This document shows, one piece after another, positions 21,954 to 34,044 of a stretch of DNA of 64,000 nucleotides. A model generated the notes under the pieces. The model made no database searches. It was not told the origin of the DNA and was given only the letters and a program-made list of their open reading frames with translations. The stretch comes from Scenedesmus sp. PABB004 (taxonomy: Eukaryota). The stretch spans positions 62,001 to 126,000 of the forward strand of contig JABVCE010000041.1 in assembly GCA_014905635.1 (NCBI GenBank), written 5' to 3'. Made by a program: the position numbers and the translations under genes. How positions within the stretch are numbered: the first letter of the stretch is position 1; every line of letters starts with the position of its first letter.

Positions 21954-24900
21954 ATGCGCCCGCACGCGGTGGCGTGGCGCGGCGGCGCGGCGGCGCTGCT
22001 CGTCCTGTGCTGCTGCGCGCGCGCCGTGGCGCAGGGGCGCGCCAACGACACGCAGCCAGTGCAGCTGCTGCCCACCCTCCCCCTCCCACAGGCCAGCCCC
22101 GCGCCCGGCGCGCCGGCACCGGCGCCAGCCGCGGCAGACGCTGCGCCGACCACCGGCAGCGGGGGGCGCGTGGCCGCCGCCGACGCGGCCAAGGCGCCCG
22201 CGGTGGTGGACGCCGCGGCGTCGCCCGCGCCCGGCGACGGCGGCGACGGCGGTTATGGGACCGACAGCATCGGTGCGCGCCGCGGCCCGCGCGTTGCCGC
22301 CGGCCGCTGCCCGCGCGCGGCCCGCGCGCCGACCGCCGTGCGGCGCGCGGCGCGCGCAGCGAGCCTCGTGGCGCTCGTCCCGGGCTGCGGCGTCGACGGC
22401 AGCCCCTTCCTGCCGCCGGGGCTGGACGGCGGCTGCGAGGTCCAGGTGCGCGGCAGCAGCGCGCGCTGCGCCGCCGCGCGCCGATTGGTTGGTTGCAACC
22501 GCCGCGCGCGCCGACCGCCGTGCCGTCGCAGGGCCTCCTCGACCGGCGGCAGGGTGCAAGCTTCGCGTTTGACCTGCCGCCCGTCGCCCCCAACGCGACG
22601 GCGCGGCCCTACCGCCTGCTGGTGCTCCTGCGCACCGTCGACGGCGACGCGCAGCTGTGCGCCGCCCCCGCGGGGCGCGCCGCCGGCCGCCGCGCGGCGC
22701 GCTGCTGCGAGCCCGCGGACCACGCGCGACGCCACGCTCGTGCCTGCTGCCCGCTGCCCGCGCGCCCGCAGCGGCCTGTCCACGCCCGACGACAACGGCA
22801 CCACCGACGACGTGCCCGACGTGGTGGGCACGCAGGTCTACGCCACCGAGATCACCTCGGAGGTGCTGCAGCGCCGCGAGCGCCGGCGACGGGCTGCTGC
22901 GCTGGCCTGCGTGTGTCCACCAGCCCCCGCCGCCGTTGCGCGCCGCGCCGCCGCTCACCGGGGCCGCGCCGCGCCGTGCCGCCGCGCCGCGCCGCGCAGG
23001 TCATCATCGACGTGCCCTGGAGCGTGGTCTCGTCGACGCCCGGGCGCTACATCATATCCGTCAGCGCCGCGTCCAAGCGGAGCCTCTACACCCTCACGGC
23101 GCGCGCAGGCAGCCGCTTGCGCACGCCCGCTCGCGCCCCGCTCCAGCGGCCGGCCGACGGGGCGCCCGCCGCCGCCGGGCGCCGCGGCAGGTCGACACGC
23201 CCTTCAGCGACGTGCTGCTCGCGGAGCCGGACCTCTCGGCGATGCGCGACCTGCACGCGGCCTGCTGCGTCGCCAGCCGCAGCACCAGCCCGCTCTGCAC
23301 CCAGTTTCTCGCGGCCGCGATCGCGCCCGGGCACAGCGCCGGCGACGACCTTTGCACCATGACGCCGATGACCTGCGACAGCGCGGTGCGCGGCACGGCA
23401 CGCCCCCCCTACGCGCGGCGCCGCGCGCGCGGCGCCCCGTTTGAGAGCCTGGCACGGCGCCGGCCCGCGCGCAGCGCTCCGCACCACGCTGCCCACTGGC
23501 GCGAGCCGCCGCCGTGCCGCCGCGCCGCGCCGCCGCCGCCGCAGGGCCGGCTCACGCAGCTCGCGGTCGCGCAGGGCGGGCTCGAGTGCCCGCGCGGCCT
23601 GCCGGCGAGCCTGGGCAACCTCACCGCGCTGCGCACGCTGGACCTGGCCTTCAACGCCCTCGGCATGCCCGTGTCTGACGTGGCAGCCATCCTGGGGCGC
23701 ATGGCGTCGCTGGAGAACGCGTTCCTGCGATACACCGGCCTCACCGGGCCGCTCGACCCCGGCGGCTGCGCGCTCGTCGCGCCGCCGTCGCTCACGCGGC
23801 TCTCCCTGAGCGGCAACGCCAACATCACCGGCGCCCTGCCGGCCTGCATGCTGCGCGTGCGCGCGCCGCGCGCGGCTGAAGCGCGCGCTGGCCAGCCCGC
23901 GCGCCATGGCCGCCAGCTCCTGCAGCCAGCCGCCGCTGCCCCTCCCCCCTCCTCGCAGGACGCCACGCTGGAGGAGCTGTACATCTCGCAGACCGGCCTC
24001 ACCGGGGCGCTGCCCGACGCGGTGCCGCGGTCGTCGCCGCTGCGGCTGCTCTACGCGATTGGCGCGCCCGACCGCGGCGACGACGCGGGGCTGTCTGGTG
24101 CGCTGCGCTGCGCTGCGCTGCGCGCCGCGCACCCGCGCCGCGCGGCCGCCTCGCTGCGCGCCCCGTGCTGACCTCCGCCGCGCGCAGGCACGCTGCCGGC
24201 GTCGCTGCTGGCCAGCCCCTCCCTCACTTACCTGCACGTCGGCAACAACGCGCTCACCGGCGGCCTCCCGCGCCTCCCGGCGGCGCTGCAGCTGCTCAAC
24301 GTCAGCGCCAACGCGCTCGACGGCACCATCGCCGGTGTGGCGGCCGCGCGCGTGCGGCCCCCGCCGGCGCTCGCGGCCTCGGCGCGCGGCAGGCGCGGCG
24401 GTCGGTGCGGCGCCACCCGCGCCCCCGTGGCGCCCCCGCGCGCGCAGGGCCGCTCCCGGGCGGGCTGGCGACCTTGGACGCGTCGTTTAACCGCCTGCGC
24501 GGGGCGCTGCCCGGTGGGGTCGAGGCCGCGTCCAACCTGACGCTGCTGGACTTTAGCGCCAACCGCCTCACGGGGACGCTGTCGACGGGTGCGGCGCGCG
24601 GCGCGGCGCGCGCGGCTGGCAGCGGCTGCCGCCCAGCCGCGCGCGGCGCACGTCGCGCCCGCCCGGCCCGCCGCGCGCCGCGCCCACGCTGCGACGCACG
24701 CCGCGCGCGCGGGGCGCGCCCACGGCGCGCAGCGCTGCCGGATGGCCTGCTGGTCTTTGACGTCGGCGGCAACGACCTGACCGGGACGCTCCCGCGCACG
24801 CTGCCGGGCTCGCTCGCCTTCCTCGGTGCCGCCGACAACCGCCTGTCCGGCCCGCTGCCCGACCTGCCGGCGCCCTCGGCCCTGCGCTTCGCCCTGCTGA

Positions 24901-26667
24901 GCAACAACTCACTGACCGGTGCGTGCGTGTGTGCGTGCGCTTGTGTACATGTGTGTGTGTGTGTGTGGGGGGGGGGGGGGGCGGCAGCGGCAGCGGCAGT
25001 GACGGCGCGCAGAGCACCGCGCCGGCCGCGCCGCTGGCCGCCGAGCGCCCGCGGCTCGCCGCCGCGCCCCGTCAGGCGGCCTGCCGCCGAGCCTCGTCAA
25101 CGGCAGCGCGCCGGGGCTCGTGGCGCTGGAGCTGCAGGGCAACGCCCTCACCGGCGGCCTGGAGCCGGGCGGCGGCACAGCAGGGACCGGCGGCGGCGGC
25201 GGCGGCCGCAAGCTGCTGCAGGGCGGAGGTGGCGGCGGCGCCGCGTGGGACGCACCAGACCTGACCTACCTGGACCTGTCACGCAACCAGTTCAGGGGTG
25301 CGCGGCGCGGCGCGCGGGGCGCGTGGGGCGCAGCGTGCGCGGGGCAGTGCGTGGCGCGCGGGGCGGCGCGGCGGCCACGCCCGCCTCCTGCCGCCCCCCC
25401 CTGCCGCCGCACGCGCGCGCGCAGGCCCGCTGCCGGCGTCGCTCGGCGCGCTGCCGGCGCTCGTGGTGCTGGACGTCTCGTCCAACGCGCTCACCGGCGG
25501 CCTCGCGCCCTTTGCCGACGCGCTGGTCCTCAACGCGAGCGGCGACGCGCCGGAGCTGCTCCAGCTCAACGCCTCCAACAACCGGCGCGTGCACCGCCTG
25601 CCTGCGCGCTGCGCACGCTGTGCCGCGCGCGCCGCGCACTGCCCGTGCCGCGCGCCGGCCCCACCAGGCCGAGGCCTGCCTCCCACGCCCGCCCCGGGGC
25701 GCCCCCAGGCTGAGCGGCAGCATCCCCGCCTCGCTCGCGTCGGCGCCGCTGCTCGACCCGGCGCGCGTCCAGCCGACGCGCAGGCGCGCGCACGCGAGCC
25801 GCGCCGGCCGCGACGCGGCCCGCCGCCGCCGGGCCCCGGTGCCCGGTGCCCCGGGCCCCACGCTCCCACGGCGGCTGCGTCCCCGCCCCGCAGGGCGCAG
25901 CCCGACCGGGTGCTGGACCTCTCCAACAACTCCCTCTCCGGCGCGCTGCCGGCCTGGCTCGTCACCGCGCCCGCGTCCGTGGCGGAGGCGTGCGGGCAGC
26001 GCTGCGGCGTGGACGTGGCGCTCAACGGCAGCGACATGGCGCTCACTTGCCCGCCGCCGGGCGCGCTGCAGCTCACGCCCAGCACGGCGGCATTCCTGCA
26101 GCGGGCGGGGCTGGGCTGCGTCGACGCGGCCGGCGATAAGGCGCGACGCGGCGGCCGGGTGGCGCCCCGCGGCGCCGCGCGCGCGCGGCCCGGCGCCGCC
26201 ACGCCGCCTCCCGCCCCCGCCCGTCGCGCTGCGTGCAGGTCAACCTGCTGGCCACCGCCAGCGGCCCGGCCCCGCCACCCGCCGCGCCCGGGCCCGCCGG
26301 CGGCCAGGATCCTCGCACCGACGGCGCGGCCGCGGCGCAGCAGCCCAGCGGCGGCGGCGGTGGCCGCGGCGGCGGCCTCGCGCCGGGGGCCATCGCTGGC
26401 ATAGTCATCGGCGCCGTGGCGGGCGCGGCCCTCCTGGCTGGCGCGGCGGCGCTGGGCGCGCGCCGCCTGCGCAAGCACGCCGCGGGCTGGCGCAAGGAGG
26501 AGCTGGGCGGCGGCCCGCACGGCGCGGCGCTCGACGACGAGTTTGGCATGACGCCGGCGCCAGGCGCCGGGCGGGGCTCTGGTGGCGGCGACACGTATGC
26601 GCACACGCCGTACGAGAGTGCCCAGGCGAGCATCGAGATGCTCAGCAGCCGCAAGGACGCGGCGTGA
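21954..26667 (+). CDS. Leucine-rich-repeat receptor-like protein (signal peptide, N-terminal beta-sandwich, Cys cap, plant-type LRRs, TM, short tail, no kinase), paralog 1
   Basis: Signal peptide MRPHAVAWRGGAAALLVLCCCARAVA. Many LxxLxLxxNxLtGxlP repeats (LGNLTALRTLDLAFNALG, LTYLHVGNNALTGGLP, LVVLDVSSNALTGGL, VLDLSNNSLSGALP). TM LAPGAIAGIVIGAVAGAALLAGAAALGA followed by RRLRK. Stop at 26667. Confidence 0.9.
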
Positions 26668-26862
26668 GCTGCGGCGAGGCAGGGGGCGGGGGTGGTGGGG
26701 CACGCTTGCGCGCGTCAGGTTCAGTTGCTGCGGTTGAGCAGGGCGCTTGCGCGCGCCGGGAAAGCTGCGAGCCTGAGGAGTCTGCTGGGCTGCGCAAGGC
26801 GGGCTGTGCTTGCTGCTGCAGCTTGCGGCTTCTGCGCTGCACGCGGGCGGGTGTGCGCAGTA

Positions 26863-29800
26863 GTGTGAAAAGCAGGAGCCGGTTACCACCAGCGCCGTCG
26901 GCGTGTCGCCGCCCAGTCCAGGGCAGCAGCTGCGCCGCTCGTTTCAAACCAACTGCAGCAGCCAGCTGCTGCGCCGCCGGGGGCTGCGCTTGTGCAACGC
27001 GCCGGATCCCAGCCGGCAGCCAGCCACAAAGATCCAAACCCACACGCTCAGCCGGGCAGCGCTCACAGGGCAGCACGCCGCGGCAAATAGATGAGGGAAG
27101 CGCTCTCACACGCAGCGCTGCGTTAGAGTGGGGTGAGCGGGCGAGAGGAAGCGAGGCACTCGCGCAGCCGCGGAAGGGGCATTCGCGCCTAAGGAAGGTG
27201 AGCCAAAGCAGCAGAGGAGGAAGCACTGCAACTGAACTGATATGTAGCAGCCAAGCCCAAGAGGATGGAGGGCAGGGTGAGCCATGTATGAGGGGTGCGC
27301 GCAGGCAGGCAAAAGCAAAAACAATCGCATCATATCACAGTGCGGGCGGCGCGCAGCTGCCGTTTGTTCAAACACGCGCTCACAGCGCGGGGAGGGTGAT
27401 GTCGCTGTACAGCTTGGAGCCCACCACCTGGAACATGCTCACGTAGTCGCCGTCCAGCTCGCTGCGCGCCAGCTTGCAGCTGCCGTCGCCGAGCAGCACA
27501 AACACCTCGCACTCGGACGAGGCGGAGCACGCCGCGAGGCAGGCATTGCGGCTGGAGCCGGTCAGCGTGGTGCCGACCTGCACGCCCACGCTGGTCTGCG
27601 CGCTGCTGCGCAGCACGTAGTCCGCGCCCCCGCCGACCTTGAAGCCTAGCGTGGAGGAGCCCGCGTCCTCGTTGAACACCTGGCAGGTGGAGGTCGCGGC
27701 CGCCCAGCGGTACATGATGCAGGCGTCGGCGGCCTTGCAGCGGTCCTGGCAGGCGGCCACGTCGGTGGCGGCGGTCGTGGGCGCGACCCAGGCAGACTCG
27801 TCGCCGAGGTTGAGGATGTCAGCGCTCACGTCCACCAGCTGGTCCAGGCACTGCTGCACCTGGCCGGCGCGGCGGCGCGAGGTCTTGCCCGACGCGCAGG
27901 GCGTGCAGGCCTGGGTGCTGTCGGCGCCGCCGGACGCGTAGCTGCCGTAGCCGCACTGCGCGCAGGCGGTGGAGCTGGCGGTGTCGTAGCCAAAGCCGGC
28001 CTGGCAGATGGAGCAGTCGCCGGCGACGGTGGACTCGTCCTCCTGGGTGGTGAAGCCGGTGGCACACATGGTGCAGTTGGTGGGGTCGGCCTGGCCGGCC
28101 ACGCCGCCGGCGGACCAGGAGCCCTTGTCGCAGGGCACGGGCACGGCGCCGGCGCCCAGCATCCAGCCGGCCTGGATGACGCAGTCCGTGACGGCTGTGG
28201 CGCCGGTGCTGTTGGTGGTGCGGCCAGCAATGCAGGGCGTGCAGGCGTCGCGCGAGAGGCCGGCGCTCCAGCTGCCGACGGCGCACACGGTGGGCAGGGT
28301 GTTGGTCATGCCCCAGCCGGGCTTGACCTTGCAGTCAAGCTCGCTGGTGTAGGTGGCGTTGGCGGCCAGGGGCGTGGAGGTGAGGAAGTCCAGCGTGTAG
28401 GTGTCCTGGGCGCAGGGCTGGCAGCGGCTGTTGGCCACCGCGGGGCGCGCCTCGGAGTCGCCGTAGGTGTTCTGCTCGCACTTGACCGCCACCAGGGAGG
28501 GCGTGGTCTGGGCCAGGCCCCAGCCCGCAGGCACGAGGCAGGCGTCCTTGGACACGGCGCCGGTGTCAGCGGTGATCAGGCCCGTGCCGCACGCCACGCA
28601 GGGGTTGCGGTTCCAGTCGGCCTTGTACGAGCCGACCGCGCACTCGGTGATGGCGGACGCGCCGTCCAGGAGCTCCCAGCCGGGGGGCGCCATGCAGAGG
28701 GCGGCGCCGGTGGCGGTGTCATCCTTGGTGCGCCAGCCTGGCGGGCAGCGGGCGGCGGGCGAGGCGCGGGCGGGCGTCGGGCGCGGGCCACGCAGGGCAG
28801 AGCGCCGCGGCAGCAGGCGAGCAGAGCGCCGCTGCGCGCAGGCCGGGCGCGCGCGGGCGTGCGCGCAGCGCTGCGCGTGCAGCAGCGCGGCGCTCACCGT
28901 TGGGGCAGGGCGTGCAGGAGGTGATGTCGGCCTCGGCGTCGTTGTACGAGTCGGCAGGGCAGGGCGCGGCGCTGGTGGAGGAGCTCTTGTAGTAGCCGCG
29001 CACGGCCAGGGTGCACGCGGCGGCGCTGGACGAGCCCTCCGCCGCGGTGGTGAGGCCGTCGGGGCACTTGGTGCACGCGTCGGCGTTGTTGAGGCCGCTG
29101 GTGTAGGTGCCCTTGGGGCACGTCTTGCCCGTGGACTTGTCAACGTAGCTGCCGGCGGGGGCCAGGCAGGCGCTGGAGTTGGTGGAGCCGGTGCCCGTGG
29201 TGGTCAGCCCGCTGCCGCACTTCTGGCAGTCGGCCTGGTTGCCGCCGGCGTTGTACGTGCCGACCGGGCACAGGCGGCCCACGAATGAGGTCTTGCCGTC
29301 GGCGCCCTTGGCGGTCGTGCGGCCGTAGCCGGGCGTGGTGAAGCACTGCGACTGCGACTTGGCGCCGGCGAAGGCGGTGGACAGGCCGGAGGGGCAGTCC
29401 GTGGCGCCGTTGGTGGGGTTCACGCGGGCATCGCCGCCCAGGCAGTACTGGCCGGCGGCGCACGGGGTGCACGCGCCGGTGCCGTTGAACGCAAAGCCGG
29501 GCGCGCAGTCTGCGAGAGGCGGGAGGGGGCAGGGCAGGCGCGGGTGAGCCCGGGCAGCGGCGGCAGGCTGCAGCGCGGGTGACGCCCGGCCAGCGCGCGG
29601 TCACCGCCCAGCTGCCAGCGCGGCGCTGGCGCAGCGGATCCACTCACCGCAGGTCTTGGACGCGCCGTCGCGGCGCAGGCGGTAGCCGGTGGCGCAGGTG
29701 GAGCAGACCAGCTCGGAGCGGCGGGTGCCGGGGATGCGCTGGTTGCGGCACGCGGTGCACGCGGCGTTGACGCGGGTGCAGTCGGGCTTGGCCTGGAGCA

Positions 29801-30647
29801 GCTCGCGGGCGGGGAGGCCGTCGATCTCGTCCAGGACGAAGCGGGAGCTCGCGCTGGCGCTGGCGGCTGCCAGCGCCAGGAGCGCGGCCACGCAGAGCAG
29901 CTTGGCGCTCATGGCGACTCCTGGATGCCTAAGCTTGGATTGAGGGGCGCTAGAGGTCGGCGAGCGTGTTGGGCAGCGCGGCTTGGCGGTGGCCTCGCGG
30001 TGTTGAAGGTCGCTGAGTGCGCGTCTATGCTCGGGCGGGCAGGCTGAGAGGCTGTTGGCGATGCCGGGGCGCAGCGGAGCTTAAGTAGCGGCCGGGCGGC
30101 GCCGATGCACGGCGCAATTCACGCAGTTCGCGAAGACGTGATTGGTGGGACACCCTGCAGTTCACTATGATGCCGGGCGCCCGGAGCGCGAATTCTCAGT
30201 GCGCGGCTCGCGGCGCGCGCCAGGTGGTGCAGGAGGTGGACAGAGAGCTGTAGCGGCCATCTGCGCGGCACTGCGGCCGCGCCAGGCGCCGGGCGGGGCG
30301 CGGCCACGGCCATCTCTCATCTTCCGGGCGCGCGCGCCTGGGAAGAGCGGCCGAGGCGGGCGGAGCTGGCCCAGATCTGCTCACAGCACTGTAAGCATCC
30401 TATCGCGCCAGGCTGGAGCGCCTGCAGGGGGGAGTAACCGCGCCGCCGAGCGCGGTCGCTGCCGCGCTCAGCGCCGCCCCCGGCGGCGTTCAGCCGCCCG
30501 CGCAAGCACCCTGAGACCACGCCCAGCGACCAGGCGCGTACGGTGCGGCGTCACGGGCACCGGCGGGGAGGCAGGCGCGGGCGCGCGGAAGCTCTCGGCG
30601 CACACGCTCGCAGCGGCGCGCGCAGCTTCCGGCGGCAGGCAGAGCGC
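26863..30647 (-). repeat. Left arm of a ~3.8-kb near-perfect inverted repeat
   Basis: Reverse complement of 37674-41460. Paired coordinates sum to 68323 (e.g. ATG 29912/38411, stop 27380/40943), and the ORF track lists mirrored near-identical ORFs. Confidence 0.98.
27380..29912 (-). CDS. Secreted Cys-rich protein (744 aa): CxxCPxG ephrin-receptor-like/GCC2-GCC3 repeats plus two C-terminal PAN/apple-like modules; copy 1
   Basis: Exons 29912-29648, 29509-28898 and 28737-27380 (2235 nt, in frame). Signal peptide MSAKLLCVAALLALAAASASA. Repeats such as CPVGTYN..CQKCGSGLTT..GST.SSAC.APAG.Y. PAN-like ACQDRCKAADACIMYRW..CQVF and ACLAACSASSECEVFV..CKL. Strong C-ending codon bias. Confidence 0.9.
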
Positions 30648-30709
30648 TGCCACAACTCTTGGTTACCCCAGAACGCCAAACTGCAGGGATTCCCGCATTC
30701 AAGGCACGT

Positions 30710-33592
30710 TCAATAGCCTTGCGGGTAGTAGCCGTGCGGCGGGGCGTGCGCGCCCGGCAGCACGTAGACGACCTGTGGCTGCTGGTGCTGTGGCGGCTGA
30801 TGGTACTCGGGCAGGTGCCCCTGCTGCTGCCCTGGCGGCAGCTGGTACGCCGGCGCACCGAGCGGCTGCAGCACCAGCTGCGGCACCTGCTGCGGCGCCG
30901 GCTGCAGCACAAAGCCCTGCGGCTGCTGCAGGTAGTAGGCCTGCGTCGCGGGCTGCTGCGCCGGCGCAGGCTGATAGAACGTGGGCTGCTGCTGCGCCTG
31001 GTGCAGCTCCTGCTGCGCCTGCTGCTGCTCCTGCTGCACGCGCGCCACGTCCGTCGAGGTGGGCGGCCGCACCACGTGAGAGGGCAGCCGGATGCCTGCC
31101 CTCCACAGCGTCACGCGCTCCCGCACCTCCTCCCGTGGGTCTGTGGGGTGCAACGGCACGCGCCGCGCCGGCGGCGCCGGGCCCGCTGCCGCTGGCCCCG
31201 CTGGCTCTGCCGGCTCCAGCGGGCTGCCGCCCGAGTCCTGCCCTGCGCCTGACGGCGGGCCCAGCTGCTGCTGCGGCCGCTTGGCCAGCTCCGAGTCCTC
31301 CCCAGCAGCCACGTCCCGCAGCGCGTCCGGCGGCAGCGGCGGCGGCGCCGCCCAGTCCACTGCCGGTGACGGCGCCGCCTCTGCGATGCGTGCCATGGCT
31401 TCCTCCGCGGCCGCCGCCTCGCGCGCCGCTGCGCCGACCCGCGCAGCGAGCCACTGCTGGACGGCTCGATCGTACGCCTGCGGGGCGTGCACACGTGGCG
31501 TTGGCTGGCGCCCCTGCGGCGCTGGCGCGCGCGCTAGCCCCGTCAGCAGCCACAGGGGCCCTGGCCCACCTGCACCGCCTGCGTGACGTCCGGGCCCAGA
31601 GCTCCCGCAGCGGCCAGGAAGGCGGCGGGCGCGCGGCCGTGCGGCGCCATGGCGATCAGGCGCTGCGCGGGCGGCAGCGCCGCCGGCGCCGCCGCCTGAT
31701 CCGCCGCCGCCTGCCTCTGCGTGCCCGCCGCTGCGCCGCCCCTGGACAGGGCGTGCAGGGATGCCAGGCGCGCGGCGGCCTCGGACTGCGTGGCCTGGCG
31801 CTTGGCCGCGCTGGCGGCCGCGGCGCCGCCGGCTGCAGGCCCGCCGCCAGCGCGCTTGATGGGCCGCCGGAGGCTGCTGCCGACGGGCCTGCCGCTGCCG
31901 CCCGTGCCAGCCGCTGCCGCTGCTGCCGGCGAGCCCGCGACCGCAGCGGGCTTGTGTGCCGCGCCGACCGCGGCCGCGCCGACCGTGGCCGCGCCAATCG
32001 CGGCCGCGCCAGCGCCGCTGCTGCCGGCCGCCGCAGCGCCGCCCAGAGCGGCGCGCGCGGCAAGCTCCGTCCGGGCCGGCCTGACGTGGCGAATGTCGCC
32101 CGTGAGCTGCAGCTCCTCCACCGTGCGCTTGACCGCCAGCGTCACCCTGCGCTTGTACGTGGCGCTCAGCTTCACGCCCCCGCCGAGGGCCAGCGTGCCG
32201 CCCGGCGCCGCGTAGCGCTCGCCCACGCCGCCGCTGCGCGCCTCGTCCCAGGCGCGCGTCACCGCGGCGGCGGCCGCTGCCAGGCGCGCGTGGGGCTGGC
32301 TCGCCAGGTCCTCGACCTCCCGGCTGATGGTCGTGCCGGCCAGCATCGCTGGCGACGGGCTCAGCACCGCCAGCACCTGGCGGCACGCCCCGCGCGGCGG
32401 GCGTGAGCAGCGGCGGCGCGCTGCACGCGCGCCGCCAGCGCCCCACGCGCGAGCGCCGCGCGGCCGCGCGCAGCCTCACCGCGAGCAGCTGCAGCGCCAT
32501 GGTGACCTGCCTGTCCTTGCGCGCCTCCGCCAGCCAGGCCTCCAGCACGTCGAGCAGCCGGCTGCTGGTCAGCTGCCCGCGTACTGCCGCCGACGCCGCC
32601 GGCGCGGCGCGGCCGTGCGCGCCGCCCGGCGCCGCGGCGGCGCCGTAGCTCGCAGCCAGCGCGGCCAGCGCGCCGCTGCGCGCCAACCACGAGCTCAGCG
32701 AGCCCAGTAGGCCCAGGAAGCGGCCGCCGCTGCGCGCGCGCGCGCGCGCGCGGGCGGCACGCAGCAGCAGTGAGGACGGCGGCCGTCCGGGCTGGCGCGC
32801 GGCGCGGTGCAGGCAGGCGCCCCGCGCGCGGCTCGCTCACTTGGTGATCGCGCCCGTGGTCGGATCCACCACCCGCGCCAGCGCCTGCTTCTGCGCCGTG
32901 ATGGCCGCCGCCGCTGCGAGGCAGGTGGGGCCCAGCCCCGAGCCGCCCGGCTGCGCTCCTGCCGCCGCCGAGTCGGGCGGCGGCGGCAGGCCCGGCGCGC
33001 CGGGGGCGCCGGGGGCGCCGCCGGCGTCCTGCTCCACCGCCTTGCTGGCGCGCCGCGCCGCGGCGGCGCTGTACGTGCGCAGCCGCGCGCGCAGCTCGCT
33101 GAACACGGCGCGCACCCTGGGCGCGCTGCAGCGCACCGCCGCCGCCAGGCCCGACACCTGCGGCCGGTCCAGCGCGTCCACGAGCGCAAACACGCCCACC
33201 AGCAGCCGCTGCGCCGCCTCGTCGTCGCGCTCGCCCGCGTCGCTGTCGTCGCTGGACGCGCTGTCGTCGCTGTCGCCGCCGAGCGGGCGGCCGCCGCCGG
33301 CGCCCGGCGCCGCGGGCCGCCGCGCGGCGGGCTCATCCAGCGCGGGGCTGAGCGCGCGCGGCGCGTCGGGGCCCAGCGGGTCCTGCCCGGCGAGCGCCGT
33401 CTGCAGCGCCGCCAGCCGCGCCAGCTCCGCCGCGCTCGCCGCCGCCTCGTCGAGCTGCTGCTCCAGCTCCTCCCGCGCCGCTGCCGTCGGCAGCCCCGCC
33501 GCCAGCGGCCGCAGGCCGCCCCCCAGGCGCGCCACCGCCTCCGCGAGCGCCTGCGGGCCGGGCGGCGCGCCGGAGGGCTCCGGCGGCACCAT
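30710..33592 (-). CDS. LUMINIDEPENDENS/PNUTS-like nuclear protein (divergent homeodomain-like segment plus TFIIS N-terminal domain)
   Basis: Homeodomain-like VFALVDALDRPQVSGLAAAVRCSAPRVRAVFSELRARLR. TFIIS-N-like [44 protein letters not shown]-terminal DWAAPP..VAAGEDSE..SPLEP..RRVPL block like LD/PNUTS, then a Q/P/Y-rich tail. Three introns. Confidence 0.7.
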
Positions 33593-33645
33593 CGCCGCAG
33601 AGCAGCGGCGCCGCTGCTGCTGCCGCGGCGGCGACGGCGCCGCAC

Positions 33646-33787
33646 GCGCGCCGGTGCGCCGATCGGGCCGCTCTGAGATGAGCTATCTGCGGCGCGGCGG
33701 CGGCGGACGGGCTGCGCGCCGGTGCGCCGATTGGGCCGCTCTGAGATGAGCTATCTGCGGCGCGGCGGCGGCGGACGGGCTGCGCGC
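33646..33787. repeat. 68-bp tandem duplication in the divergent promoter region
   Basis: GGTGCGCCGAT(C/T)GGGCCGCTCTGAGATGAGCTATCTGCGGCGCGGCGGCGGCGGACGGGCTGCGCGC starts at 33653 and again at 33721, with one mismatch. Confidence 0.95.
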
Positions 33788-34044
33788 TGCGCCGCCGTTA
33801 CTTGGCGGCGACGCCCGGCCGCGGGCCGCAGCCCGCCGGACCCGTCTCGCCACATACACAGACTCGCCTGTGCCAACTCGCCCGGGTGTGCTAGAGCAGC
33901 TGCGCCTGCAGCTGCACGGCCGATCTCCCTGCCCGCAGCCCCCAGCGCGCCCTGGGCGGCCCACGTCCGCGCGCTGACGTCCACCAGGCGGCCGGCGATG
34001 CTGCGCAGGACAGCCGGGCCCCGCTGAGCCGCGGGAGCGCGGCG

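Noticed and set aside
26141..26238. Additional candidate GC-AG intron in LRR-RLP1
   Set aside because: An in-phase GT donor at 26159 could be used instead, so I did not count it.
33646..33787. Repeat as a CRISPR-like array
   Set aside because: Plain two-copy tandem duplication with no unique spacers, in eukaryotic DNA with no cas genes.
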